Origin: Vicugna vicugna
Taxonomy: Eukaryota
Assembly: GCA_013265495.1 (NCBI GenBank)
Contig: MU058844.1
Span: forward strand, 4,889,535-4,953,534
DNA length: 64,000 nucleotides
Reading direction: 5' to 3'
Position 1 is the first letter of the stretch, and each line of letters starts with the position of its first letter. A program made the translations under genes and the position numbers. The notes beneath the pieces are model-generated. The model had not been told where the DNA came from. It did not search any database and saw only the letters and a program-made list of their open reading frames with translations. Below, piece by piece: positions 12,799-25,124 of the stretch.

Positions 12799-13259
12799 TA
12801 TGAAACAAGATTCATATTTTATGGCAAGAGAAGAAAAATTTAAACGAAAAAATTTCTCTACCCTTTGGCCTCCTCTCTCCCCACACTGTGCATTATGTGT
12901 CTGCATTATGCATTGACCAAACATCCCCTAGGAATACCTGCTGAATCGTAAAGAGCAACGTTCTCCTAGAGCCAGCAAGACAACTCCTCAGAAGATAACA
13001 TTCCTTCTCAATCTTACAAGAGGCCACAATGACCCATGACCCACTGCTGGCTGGATTGTGTAAATTGCCAATAATATGTACAGCCTTACAATTTAATGTT
13101 CAGTCCTCTACCTCAAAATATTATATAACTTTGCTTTAACCTCTAGCAGGTGGAACAGTTCTCCAGTTTTCTGAAAGGCTAGTCCTGGATCATTATCCTC
13201 AATTTCGCTCGAATAAAATTTTCCATTTCTTAGATTGACTGATTGATTTTTCATTGACA
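12799..13259 (+). mobile_element. Solo ERV1-class LTR
   Basis: 4-bp TSD GAGG (12795-12798, 13260-13263); ends TTGACA; 5' TG appears mutated to TA; TATATAA (~13123) and AATAAA (13212-13217). Confidence 0.85.
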
Positions 13260-13654
13260 GAGGATAGCCTTGGACTTTAGTGACTGACTGCCTTAATTCT
13301 TACATTCATTTATTCAGCAAATATGTGTTAAGTAGTATCTTGAAAAAGAGCTGAATAAAACTTAATTGCCTCACGCCTTGTAGACAAAGACACAAAAACA
13401 GTCTAAGGAAGAGGAATGCTTAAAGTTGTAGCAGAATTCATACATAACTAACTGTTCAGTATATTTAAACTTAGAGATGATTTTTATCTCTGAAATAATG
13501 TCTTGTTTTACCCCTTTATAACTCTGCTATTTCTTGGGAGGATGTTTTTATTGCTCAGATTTTTGTGTTTCTTATTTGAACTTAGCGTGACAATATACCA
13601 CCATCACCAGCCCAGAGGTGTCTTCATTTGCAGAGCATTATTTACTCTATAAAA

Positions 13655-14163
13655 TTACTAGGGCTGCTGTAACAAATTACCATAAACAAGGTGGCTTAAA
13701 GCAACAGAAATGTATTCTCTGACAGTTTGGGAGGCTGAAGTCTGAAAACAAGGTGAGGCAAGGGCAGTCCTCTTCCCGCCTTTAGGTCCATAACTTCCCT
13801 TTTTCTAGAGCATTCACTTTTAAGAACTGGTAATTGTAATTTTTTCCTTTGCCCTGTTGATATGCAAATTTTTAAAACAGTTTCATTCGAGGAATATCTT
13901 TCTCAAGGACCATTCCTTTGAAATGTACTCATTTAGGGAAGACAGTGTCCCCTATCTTCCAAGTCCTGTGCCAGGGTAGGAACCTAATTCTAATAAGAAT
14001 ACCTATCAGTCAGTGGATTAGGAGCCCACCCTAATCCAGTATGACCTCATTTTAACTTAATTACATCTACAAGGCCCTATTTCCAAATAAAGTTACATTC
14101 ACAGGTACCAGGGGTTAGGACTTGAACGTATATTCTTGGGGAGACACAATTTAACCCACAGCA
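13655..14163 (-). mobile_element. MaLR LTR, MLT1C-like, with foreign middle segment
   Basis: CTAGGGCTGCTGTAACAAATTACCATAAAC...; ATCCAGTATGACCTCATTTTAACTTAATTACATCTACAAGGCCCTATTTCCAAATAAAG; ends ACACAATTTAACCCACAGCA. Confidence 0.9.
13780..13997 (+). mobile_element. Internal fragment of a MER34-like ERV1 LTR
   Basis: CTAGAGCATTCACTTTAAGAACTGGTAATTGTAA...TCTTTCTCAAGGACC...CTTTGAAATGTACTCAT...CCCCTATCTTCC...GGGTAGGAACCTAA matches remembered MER34 core. Confidence 0.7.
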
Positions 14164-15470
14164 TTTACGAAGTGTTTAAATGTGTTCATAGGAAAATTAT
14201 CCAGACTTGAGCCTTCCCTTTAGGACCTGGTTTAATAATTATAAATACCTCTTTAAAATCCCTGGTGTGAGGCTCTGGTAGCAACATATGTTCCAGACTA
14301 CTTATGTGCAAACATAGCAGCTAATCTTTTGTCCCAGGTTTTCAGAGCTTATTTTTCTCTGATTCAGCAGTTGCTCTCTGAGATGAGATAGTCTCATATC
14401 CTCTCCCTCCTCTGACTCCTTAATGGGTCATTCTGGTAGATGTTGGGTCATACAGCTGTGCTTACTCTTCTCTGTCCCCAGGAATTTTTTTAAGGTTCTC
14501 AAGCTGGTCCATGTCTTAGTTGACTCAGGAAGGGTCATAAAACAACATATTGGGCTCTCGTAGCCCCTAAATTTCGCACTGAATTTGTCCAGTTCAAAAA
14601 TTTATAGGCTGCAGTTTCTCCTAAGCTCATTCGGTATCTCCTTCCTTCCCTAAAGTCTCTTCCCCATTCCTGACACATTTTCAGGAATTCCCATTTGCTG
14701 ATATCATTACTGAACTAGTGGGAATTAGACTGGTAAGGTTTCTACATTTTTGTTTTTCTCTTGCTCTGTGGAAAGGATAAAAGAGTTTCATGTTCTCGCT
14801 TTCCTAGTTGGAGACTACTTTCCAGATTTGCTGAAGAACGAACGCCAACAGGCCTTCTCTCAGAATGACTATCCATCTGGTCTCTTCTCTTACAACAACT
14901 TCTACATTTCCCTCTGAATCACCCTCCTCTTTCGATTTTATAGCATGGCAGGTCACTGAATGCATGAGGTTGTGTAGGTCAACCATTCCTTTCATGTCTC
15001 TAGTTTTTCTCGAGCAGAATTCCTGAGACAGCACTAAGACTTTCTGCATTGTATTTTTACATTGTATACCCAAATTTCTCAGCCAGCAAAAGCTATGTAG
15101 CATTCTTGGCATTTTGTCATATCAAATATTTTCCCTGAGTTTAATGATGCTTCTAAGGAGTAGAGGTAAGGTAAACTATGAAGTATAGAAGAATGGATAT
15201 AAGGTTGTTCTGAACTACCTTGATTAATAAAATATGATGCCATTGATTAATACGGGAATAGGAGGAGGTTTTGAGATTAATTTAGTTGGCTTAGGTTACA
15301 AACATCTGAATAGAGAGGAATCTCCCCAGTGTTTTCACCTCCCAGTCTCCTTAAGGTCCATCAACTCATCCACATTGTCAACAAAGTGACATTCTAACCT
15401 TACTAATATAGGGAGGGCTCTCATTACTCAACCTCTGTCTCTTAGCTCTTCTTAACCCTATGCTTTAGAA

Positions 15471-15691
15471 GAGGAGTCAGCATATTATGATTTGTGAGCC
15501 AAATCTAGCCCACCACCTCCTTTTGTAAATGTAATTCTATTGGAATACAGACACACCCATTGATTTGTATGTTATCTGTGGCTGCTTTTGCTTTACATTG
15601 GGAGTTGAGTAGCTGCAACAAAGACCATGTGACTTGCAAAGCCTAAAAATACTTAATTTCTGATCCTTTACAGAAAGTTTGCTGACCCCTG
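15471..15691. mobile_element. MER58A-like hAT-Charlie MITE
   Basis: TIRs GAGGAGTCAGCA / TTTGCTGACCCCTG; GCCAAATCTAGCCCACCACC...TTTTGTAAAT; degenerate 8-bp TSD CTTTAGAA/TTTTAGAT. Confidence 0.9.
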
Positions 15692-16479
15692 TTTTAGATA
15701 AAATAAAGCCAGATTATATATGTCCACTTTCCTTTGTTCACACTGAACTCGTGACTTGGAATCCTCTCCTACTCTTTCTTAACCCTATCATTTAAATTTA
15801 GTTGACAGAATTCAACTTATCTTTTAAGAGTTGGGAAAGAGAAACATGGGCACACTTTTTACTTTTGTTATTGGAAATTCTTTAAGTTTCCTTATAAAAC
15901 TTACATGTAAATTTAAATAATTACATGGTATATATATATTAGGTCAGCAATGTAGATTAAAATACTATAAGTGTCAAGAGTTTCCTGAAAGAGCTGAAGG
16001 GGTAAACATAGAAAATGGTTTTACGTTTCTCCCATTAATGCTTTCTTACATGTTCTATGAGGTTTAACTCCCAAACCTTTGGCCAGACTCCATCCCACAC
16101 TGGAAAGATTCTGTAGCTTTGTGGTAATTTTTAAGCATAAGAACAGTTTTATTTTTGGATATTAAAATCTCCATCCTATTTAAATAAAAATGTCAGTCTC
16201 CTATGCAATTTAAGCCTTCTCCTGTTACCCTTTATTAAAACTAATCAGAGGTTAAGGAATAGAAAAGAGAAGTTATGGATTATCCTTTCTTCTTGCTCCA
16301 TTTTTCTCTCTTTTACCTTTCTGAATCTTTTCTAGTCTGCAAGTTTGGGGAAGGATGAATGGCAGGATTAGATATTTTTATATTATTAATGCTGTTTTTA
16401 CCCTCTCTTGGTTGACTCTTGCTTCCCTCTATTATGACAAGCATCCAGATTATTTCATAGAGACACATCTGAGTTTTGC

Positions 16480-17340
16480 AGATACCTTCCTGTGCTAACC
16501 TCTGTAAGATACCATTACTCTGGCTATCTTTATAATTGCACCCCATCTTCCAGATCCTACCATCACTGGTAGACCCCACTATTTCTTCTGGTACCACTTT
16601 TCAAGAAAGCAGCTCTCTCAGATATAACCTTCTCATATCAGCCCAACTATATAAACCCTCTGTTTTCTTCATCTTAAGGAACTCACACATGCTGTCAAAT
16701 GGTGGAATTCACACAGTATCAAGTAGTGCAAATGCAGCTTGATCAGCTCTTCGCTCCTCACCATATAATGCCTGATGGCTCCAGGCAACTTCCTGTATTT
16801 TTTATTTTTCAGGAGAGGAGAATGTATCAGGTAGTTCATATATATTCCCAAACTCAAGGGGGCATATTTCAACTTCTCCTCAAACTTACTTCTCACTCAC
16901 TTGAGATGCCCTACAACTTTATAAAGAGAAAGGAGAAGAAATCAAAGAAGAACCATCCCCAATCCTACCTACTTGCTTTATCTATGAATGACCTGCCTGT
17001 TCCTTTTTTCTCTTTATCTTTATATTTCTGAAGCCCATCTCTCAATTAGTGCCCTTCTACACTGGCAAGGACTATGGACTGTCTATTATCTTCTCTTTTT
17101 TATCATCAATCTTTTTCTTTCTATTTCCTCCCTTTCAAAACCATTTAACATGCTTGAATTGCTCACATTTTTTAAAATAAAGAAAAACAAAACAATCTCC
17201 CTGAAATAATTCCACCATGCCTCCAGACTCTTCTGTCCACTCCCTTTAAGAAACTGAACTCTTGAGAGAATATAGTACTCTCTCTATTTTTGCCTCACAT
17301 TCACTGCAATCTGTCACTTAACTCAAAGTGCTAAAATCCC
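16480..17340 (+). mobile_element. Degenerate LINE-2 fragment
   Basis: Pyrimidine-rich sequence similar to the L2 at 3700-4100 (CCCTTCTACACTGG; CATTTAACATGCTTGAATTGCTC; CACTGCAATCTG). Confidence 0.55.
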
Positions 17341-17846
17341 CTTATGTAATTGTATTTGAAGTATCTCAAAACACCAACATATAATACATATGATAACCTG
17401 AAGGGAGGTACTAAGTAAGTAATAACATTTAAAAATCAAGTGTTAGAGAAGGGCTTAGATAACTCTTAAAAGCTCTCAAACACATAGATACTATGAAAAA
17501 GCCTGGAGTTGAAGATTAGACAGGATTTGAGCAGGAAGATTTATTTAAAGAGGGTTGCTGCATTGATCTGCACACCCAACCCCTCCCCTCAAGAGAGAGG
17601 TAAATTCCTTGTTTCTTTACCTCAAAACAATAGACAAGAACAAAAAAGGTGCTAGAGACCTTAATATGTGTCCATAGTGATTTTTTATGTGTCCATAAGT
17701 CGGTTTGACTTCCACCTAGTAAATCGAAAGGAGCAGAGAATGGCTTTTAGCTGATAGATCAGTCCAATGATTTCTGCACTTGTAAACATTGTTAGGGGAA
17801 AGGACACATATTTTTAATGAACCAGTGATACAATATACAAGAGCAA

Positions 17847-18376
17847 TGTAGGGGAGCAGAATTTGCCACCTCAAAATATTTTTTTTTGCATATTATTTTT
17901 TTAAGCTGGTTATTTTCTAAGAAACAGCATACAGGGGGAAAAACCTCTGATGACCAAGTGGGAGTTACGCATTTGTAAAAAACATTTACATTTATAAGGG
18001 GAATTTTCATTTGTATGTGTTCCCCCTCCTGTACTAGGAAGAAGAGGATGACCAAACCTCTAGAAACTTGTACCAAGGAGAAGGCAATGACTTAAATCTG
18101 CATGACAATCTTGTTTACTGTGCTTTCCCTGGTAACCTCCCATAGCTGACTCTCCCTATCCTCAATAACCTCTTTTATTTTTAGCTAAGGATGGTATTTA
18201 AGGTTAGGGCTTCAGCTATTGTGGCAAGTTACTTAGATTTTCTGGGTCTTGCTCATGTATATACATTATTAAACTTTTGTTTTATTTTCTCTCGTTAATT
18301 TGTCTCATGTCAATTTAATTCTTAGACCAGCCAGAGAAAGCTGGAAGGGTAGAGGAAAATTTCTTCTTCCCCAGCA
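17847..18376 (+). mobile_element. Solo ERV1-class LTR, MER34/LTR39-like
   Basis: TGTAGGGGAGCAGAATTTGCCACCTCAAAATAT start; TTCTTCCCCAGCA end; TATTTAAG TATA-like box and ATTAAA; flanks GCAA/TCAA (4-bp TSD, 1 mismatch). Confidence 0.85.
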
Positions 18377-18509
18377 TCAATAAGAAAGTAAAGAGGAGAG
18401 GAGAGAGAGAAAGACTTAGACTCTATCCAATATGACCAACAGGGAAGAAAACAGGTATTAGTAAAGAGAGCCAAAGATATCAAAGATATCACCAAATTTT
18501 TAGGTAAAC

Positions 18510-19690
18510 TGGAATATCATAAAACTGGATGAGCAAGAATTGATTTGGGGGCATTTATTTAGGACATGGGCTTTCATATCCTTGCAAGTACCCTGCAGGA
18601 TAGAGAAAATCTGGGGCTAGAGTAGCTCACAAAAGTGTAGAGAAAGTGGAGGCTAACACTCAGCAAAGGTAAGATGCCTGACTTGCAAGGTTATACAGTA
18701 GAAGAAATGACAAAATGGTTTAAGAATATGGGCAAGTTGAGAAGTTATATTACATAAACTAATAAAGCCTTGATGGGATCATGTTCTATAAGAAGACCCA
18801 GAGAGCACAACTTTCATCCCAAGGCCACCAAAAATGTGTTAGTGAGAGGGTGACTAGCATCACTAAGTTAAGTGGTTGCTCTCATATGCAGGCTAAGGAT
18901 GTCAGTAAGAGAAGCAGTCTCAGAGCTAGAACTTGGCTTATTAAATGGCAAAATGAGGCTGATGGGGCCTGAAAGCAATAAATATCAAGTAGCAGTGTTT
19001 AACCATCGAAAGCAAGGGTCCACAGTTTTCACAATGACTTGCACAATCAAGAGGTAGCCAAGAGATCTTGGCCCACAGGTGGTTATGGAGATCAATAGAA
19101 CATGGCATCTTTAGGAATAAATTAACATCTACAATGAAGAAAAAGTCAAGAATGTAAAGACAATAGGTTGAAGACAATTGCCTCAGTACGAAGTTACAAT
19201 TCCTTTCTCAGTCTCCATACCTGACTCAATTTTAAGGTCCATATACCTCTGACAAAATAGATGCCTAGGTTTATAAGAAAAAGGACCCTAATGAACCACA
19301 GCAAGGATATACTATAGAGATTTCCTCAGTAGAACTTATGGCAATTCACTTAGTTGATTGAACACTGGAGAAAGAGGAATATTCCAGTATTTAGAGGACA
19401 ATTAAACCCAGGGTCTTAGTTGATATTGCCACATGAAGACATGGAACATCATTGGAGCCTCCTGCTAGACTGGGGATGTATGGTGGCCAGGTAGTAAATG
19501 GATTTCTAGCTAAAATTCAGATTAGACTGGATCCACAGTGTCAACAGATCCACTAATTGATCAATTTGTCAGTACCTGAGTATATAATTAAAATGATGTA
19601 AATGATTATTGAACCCCTGTATAGGATGCCTGGCTTGTGGGTAGAAATCATCAAAATCTGGAAAGCCAAGTGAAAACCTCTGAAACCATT
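18510..19690 (+). mobile_element. Decayed ERVL (HERV16-like) internal region, gag-protease remnant
   Basis: Remnant peptides QVAVFNHRKQG (gag), HWRKRNIPVFRGQLNPGS*LILP (decayed LLDTGS protease region), YGGQVVNG, GKAK*KPLK; stops and frameshifts. Confidence 0.8.
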
Positions 19691-19699
19691 CAGATATTT

Positions 19700-20107
19700 T
19701 TTCAGGAGAGAACCTGCTGTGAGGAGTGGCGTTAGCTGACGGTTTTCATCTGTCAGGATTTACCCCAGGGATTCCAGCAAGGTGACTCTCTCCTAAAGCT
19801 GCTGCTGGCTAATGACTAAGCATAGTGAGGATACTAGAGCTGGACTATTCGTACCCAATGCAGGACTTTGCTAATGGTCAGTCCCTGCTCCGGGGCTCCT
19901 TCAGCCTAGATGAGACTTTATTAGTGCTGCTCTGAAATCTTTAACTCTTCCTACGAAATACTCCTTTTCCCCAAGTGTCAGTTCTGCATCAGGTTCTGAA
20001 GGCTCTTCCAGACTACTGTAAATTTTTACAGGCATTTTCTCCAATAAATCTCTTGCACTTCTAATTCTGCCTTGGCATCTGCTTCCTAGAAGACTTGAAC
20101 TGAAACA
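19700..20107 (+). mobile_element. LTR16-like ERVL LTR
   Basis: GGCTAATGACTAAGCATAGTGAGGATACTAGAGCTGG; CCAATAAATCTCTTGCACTTCTAATTCTGCCTTGGCATCTGCTTCCTAGAAGACTTGAACTGAAACA end. Confidence 0.85.
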
Positions 20108-20336
20108 AAATCTGTAACTTGACCTAAGAGGCATTTAATGATTTGGGCTTTTCCTTTATTATACTGGCCTTGCCAAGTGCAATTTTCCCTTTTGATCTCT
20201 AGAAATGCAAAGTTATTTTTGTCTTTTTTAAATGAAGCCAAATGGTATAGCGCTTAATGGAGTTCGCATATTTTCTTTTCTGCCTGGAATTCCTTTCCTC
20301 TTCACCTCCTTAGCTATATTCAGTTACTGTGACTCT

Positions 20337-20508
20337 CAGAATGGGCTAGGTAATTTTCAGTGCCCAGTGCAAAATAAAAATATCATCCTGTGCAAAAAAT
20401 ATTAAGACTTTCAAGAGAGATACAGCAGAGAATTAACCAGGTGTGAGCTCTGCTGAATTCAGTGTACTGTGCAACTGCACAGGTCACATACCCATGAATC
20501 TGGCCCTG
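20337..20508 (-). mobile_element. MER45A-like hAT-Tip100 MITE
   Basis: CCCAGTGCAAAATAAAAAT...CTGTGCAACTGCACAGGTCACATACCCATGAATCTGGCCCTG. Confidence 0.85.
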
Positions 20509-20777
20509 CCTACTGGTCTTTTGTGACTGAGCTGTAATGTTGTTTTATCAAAGAAGTCTTGAATGAGCCTCTGTGTATAAGAAGTCTACAGGCTTGTGTT
20601 GATGACTTTTATTGTGGACTGATAACCAAGATTTATACATTATTTGTCTTGGTAAACTCTTTTAAATATATCAAAAAGTAACTGAATCAAAGAATAGCTT
20701 GTATTGTTTTTTAATGAGCATTTTCTTTGTGTTGCAAAGGCCATATTTTAAAATTTCCATACAAAATTTGATTTTTT

Positions 20778-20908
20778 GTTTGTTTTTAGGGGGAGAGGGA
20801 GGAAATTAGGTTTTTATTTATTTATTTTTAGTGAAAGTACTGAGGATTGCACCCACGATTTTGTGCAAGCTAGAACACATTCTACCATTGAGCTATTCCC
20901 TCCCTGCT
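20778..20908 (-). mobile_element. Camelid tRNA-derived SINE (vic-1 type)
   Basis: Minus strand: GGGAGGGAATAGCTCAATGGTAGA (A box), GGGTGCAATCC (degenerate B box), AAATAAATAAAAACCTAATTTCCTCCC tail; perfect 16-bp TSD CAAAATTTGATTTTTT (20762-20777, 20909-20924). Confidence 0.9.
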
Positions 20909-21794
20909 CAAAATTTGATTTTTTTTAGAATAGCACTAATACTCTTTTCTACTCAGATTTCAGCATCAATATTGCCTCCTGGCTGATTGCTCATTACTAC
21001 GCATTCCTCTCGTGTGTACTACTGCTGTCTTGCTTTAGGAACACAAACACTTGTATGCTCAGTGTGTCCTTTCATTCCAAAGAGATGAACTATACTGATG
21101 TAAACAGTAATCTTAACTGCTTTGCAATGTTCTCTTAATAAATGTCTGCTGAGATTCATTGTGCCCTTCTTCACCTTTGCTTTGTCATTCTATCAATCTC
21201 TAAAGCTCTTATTGTTAATAAAATGCAAAGTAATTAGTGAAATTGTTTGGATGATGTTGCTTTATATCTCCTGACAAGGTAGAAAATAAAATTGCCCTCA
21301 GGTTTTTATGTGTGTTCATACATATTTTAAGATTACAGAATCACCAACTTTAGTCTCCAAAATGCTAATGATAATTAGGGATAACTCAGTATGCTTTTTT
21401 TTTCAATTTGTAGTGCATTTAAGCATATTTAAAAAGCACTTTAAATTACAAAAATGGTGTTTTTTGTGATAAGTATGGAATAGACAGAGGAATACAATAG
21501 GTAATATAAATCAGCTATAATTATATCCTATAGAGCTTATTACAGCTAGTCATTCTTACACATTTTTTTCCTATGCTTGTATAGATTCCCCCGACTTTAA
21601 GATGTAGAAAAGATTGAATAAGTTTGGTTCTAATACTCTTTCTTTACTTTCTAAAAATCTAGTTCCTCTCCATGATTTCAGAATTCCCTATAACCTACAG
21701 TTCTAAGCTTCTCTTTCCACTTAATTTGTTCTACTTAATGATATCCTAGATAATCTAACCATATCATTCCACACAATAATACAAGATTAATATA

Positions 21795-23810
21795 ACTATG
21801 AGTAATATTAAGTATTTTTCATGTTTATTTGCTATCCATTTACTTTCTTTGGTGAAGTGTCTTATCAAATCTTTGTCCATTTTTTATTAGGGTTTTTTTT
21901 TTATTTTTGGAAGTTCTTTATATAGGGGTACAAGTACTTTGTCAGATACATCATACAAATATTTTTTACCCAGTCTGTGTCTAGACTCTTTGTTCTTTTA
22001 ACAGTATCTTCGGAAGATCACGCATTTTTAATTTTGACAGAGTACAATGCATTATTTTTTAAATTGTCTTCTCTAGGAAATCTTTGCCAAATCCAAGGTT
22101 ACAAAGATTTTTCTCTTTTGTTTTCTTCTAGTGGTTTTATAGTTTTAGTTTTTATTTTTATGTATAAGTTTCATTTTGTGTTAGCTTTTTTAAAATTTGC
22201 TTTTTAAAATATAGGTGTCTAAGTTTTCTTACATCATTTGTTTGAAAAGATAAAATCACTGAATTACCTCTTTACTTTTGTAAAGAATTAGTTCCCCATA
22301 TATTGTGGGTCTGCTTCTGAATTTTCTAGTTTATTCCATTGTTCTATTTCTCCTTCTTTATGCCAATGCTATACTACCTTAATAACTGTAGCTATATAAT
22401 AAATCAAAGTCCAGTAGTGTTAAATCACCAATTTTGTACTTTTTCAAAGTTGTCTTGCCTATTCTCTAGGTCTTTTGCATTTGTATATAAATTTTAAAGT
22501 CAACTTATCAATTTCTACTAAAATCTTGCTGGGATTTTAATTGAGAATGTGTTGAATCTATAAATCAATTTGGAGAGGAATGACAGCAACATTGAGTCTT
22601 TCTACACATTAACATGGAACATTTCATTTATTTAAGTCATTTTTAGTTTCTATTGTCTTTTTTCCCCTAATTTTAGCATATAGATATTTTAAATGTTCTG
22701 TTTGATGTATCCTTAAGCATTTCATATTTATTGATACTGTTTAAATAATAATTTTTAATTTTGAGTCTTGATTGTTGTCAGTCTGTGTAATTGATTAAAC
22801 ATAATTGACTTTATACAAGTATTTGACTTGTATCCTATGATCTTACCAAACTCACAGATTGGTTCTGGTAGCTTTATTGTAGATTCCCCCTGAATTTCAA
22901 CACAGATGACCTGTTATCTGCAAAACAAAAAGTCTTATTTTCTCCTTTTTAATCTGGATCCTTTTAATTCATTTTTCGTGCCTTATTGAACCCAGGTAGA
23001 ACTGCCAATACATTGGTAAGTAGAAATAGTGAAGGTAAATATCTTGTCTTGTTCCTGATATTATAGGAAAAAAATCATCACTTCACCATTAATTTTGGTG
23101 TTAGCTATAGATTTTCTGTTGATGTCTTTTATCAAGTTGAGGAAATTCCATTCTATTCTTAATTTCCTGACAGTTATTTTTTTCTTTCAGGAAAGGTTGT
23201 TGGATTTTTGCCAAATGCTTTTTCTGCATTTATTGAGACGATAACATATTTTTCTTTCTTGAGTTGTTAATATGGTGAATTACATTAATTTTCAAATGTG
23301 AAAACAATCTTGTATTTATGGGATAAACCTCAGTTAATCATGATGTTTTATCTTCTTTATATACTCTTGAGTTCTGTTTGCTATGATTTGTTTAGAACTT
23401 TTACATCTGTGTTCATGAGGGACACTGTTCTGCAGTTTTGTCCTTTTCCCCTACATTGTCTTTGGTTTTGGTGTCAGAGAAAAGCTGGCCTCATAGAACT
23501 AATTTGGGAGTATTCCTTCCTCTTCAATTTTCCAGAACGGTTTATGAGAAACATATTATTTCTTCCTTAAATGTCTGGTAGAATTTAACAACAAAACCAT
23601 TTGGGCCTGGAAGCTCTCTCAAAGCAGTAAGTTGGGCCAATTATAGCACTCACCTTATTGTTTCCATTTCTCAGTTTTTATTGTCCTTTATTGCCTGATG
23701 TGCAACAGTATGAAAACCATTTCTTCTAATATTTTTTCATTCCTTTAGTTGTGTCTAGTGGGAGGATAATTCCAGTGATTATTATTCCATTTTGGCAGAA
23801 ACAAAAATCC
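21795..23810 (-). mobile_element. Old L1M ORF2 fragment plus upstream fragment
   Basis: Antisense ORF2 hallmarks: TTTGGTGAAGTGTCTTATCAAATC; TTGCTGGGATTTTAATTGAGAATGTGTTGAATCTATAAATCAATTTGG; ATCAAGTTGAGGAAATTCC; AAAACCATTTGGGCCTGGA. Confidence 0.9.
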
Positions 23811-24769
23811 TTACTGATTCAATAACTATTATTTAAATTTTCATTTATGGATCTTTCATTTCCTTTTTACATATTTTGCAAAATTATGCTATAACTGAAT
23901 CTTGAGAACTGAACTAGCACTAATTTTATGTCTCACATTTTTGTTGTGATTTTATTAATTGTCACTGTTATTGCTTGGCTTTGGATTATGGCTTGAGATT
24001 TTAATATATTTCATTCAGCCTTGAATGAAGAGAGTTTCTCTGTGACCTCCTTCTGTGAGCAAACAAGAAAGGTGGATTTTCTATACTTTCATTTATTATC
24101 CAAATTATTTCCTTCACTATCTTCTCAGATTTTAATCAAATAGCAGGCTAGTGTGAAAAAATAACTATTATTTAAGTAATACAAAACCCTGGGGAAAAAA
24201 GTGATTAAAACTAGATCCGTGAAGTTATCAAGTTGCAGCTTACCAAGTAACAATTTCTGCATCATGTTTTCTGTATGTTTAATGAAGCCTTGTAATTAAT
24301 GGCCAGCTCTCTGAGTACTATTTCCTCTTTGCTCAGCCTTACCATGAGATGTAATCTGACACTGCCCTATATTCTTTCTGAGTTAAATCCCTTCTATAGG
24401 GTGGATGTTCTTCTGGATATACCCACAAAATCATACTTAAACCATCTTTGCCACTGTTTCAAATTCTACAGATCCTTAGCCATAAAAGTGATCTACCCAA
24501 CAATTTCCCTTTGCCTACAGTCTTTTTTTCCTCTAATATTGTTGGAATTAATGGGTTATACTGTTATAAGTGCTATGCTTTCTCAGGTCATATGGTTTCA
24601 GGTAACTCCTCAGTGTATCTCATCTGTGATAGACCCAGCAGGTATTTCTCAACAATTCTGACACTGGGATGATAGTCTTTTGCACCAGGGATTTCACTGA
24701 GATCTGGGAAAGAAACAACAGGAAGCCAAATGACATCTTATGCCTAAATATTTGCATGGTTTATAAGAA

Positions 24770-24960
24770 TAATATTTGTACATTTTATTAGAAAACTTTT
24801 TAATGTACATTTTCTATTTGATCCACATAATACCTAAGTGGAAAACTTGGGAGGCATATGTGAGTCCCATTTTACATATAAGAAAAACTTTTAGGCAAAG
24901 AAATTAATAAGTGATCCAGAATGGACAATGCATGGGCAACAAAACCAGACCTGTAAGTAA
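24770..24960 (-). mobile_element. MIR fragment
   Basis: CCCATTTTACATATAAGAAAAACT core. Confidence 0.6.
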
Positions 24961-25124
24961 AGTCCACTCAAAATTTACATCTCTCATGGAAAATGATTGA
25001 AGTTTGACTACTGTTAGAGAGTAACAGCAAATTATTTCTTTTATAATTAGGCTATTTTTAGGACCACAGATGGTTAAAATCTGTAAATCATTTAGGAAAG
25101 TGAACTTATGTTTAGACTTAGAGA

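Noticed and set aside
18781..19177. Gag-like ORFs as a possible domesticated ERVL gene
   Set aside because: Homology is split across frames with multiple stops.
20840..20908. tRNA-like sequence
   Set aside because: It is the head of a SINE, with a tail, TSD and a mutated B box.
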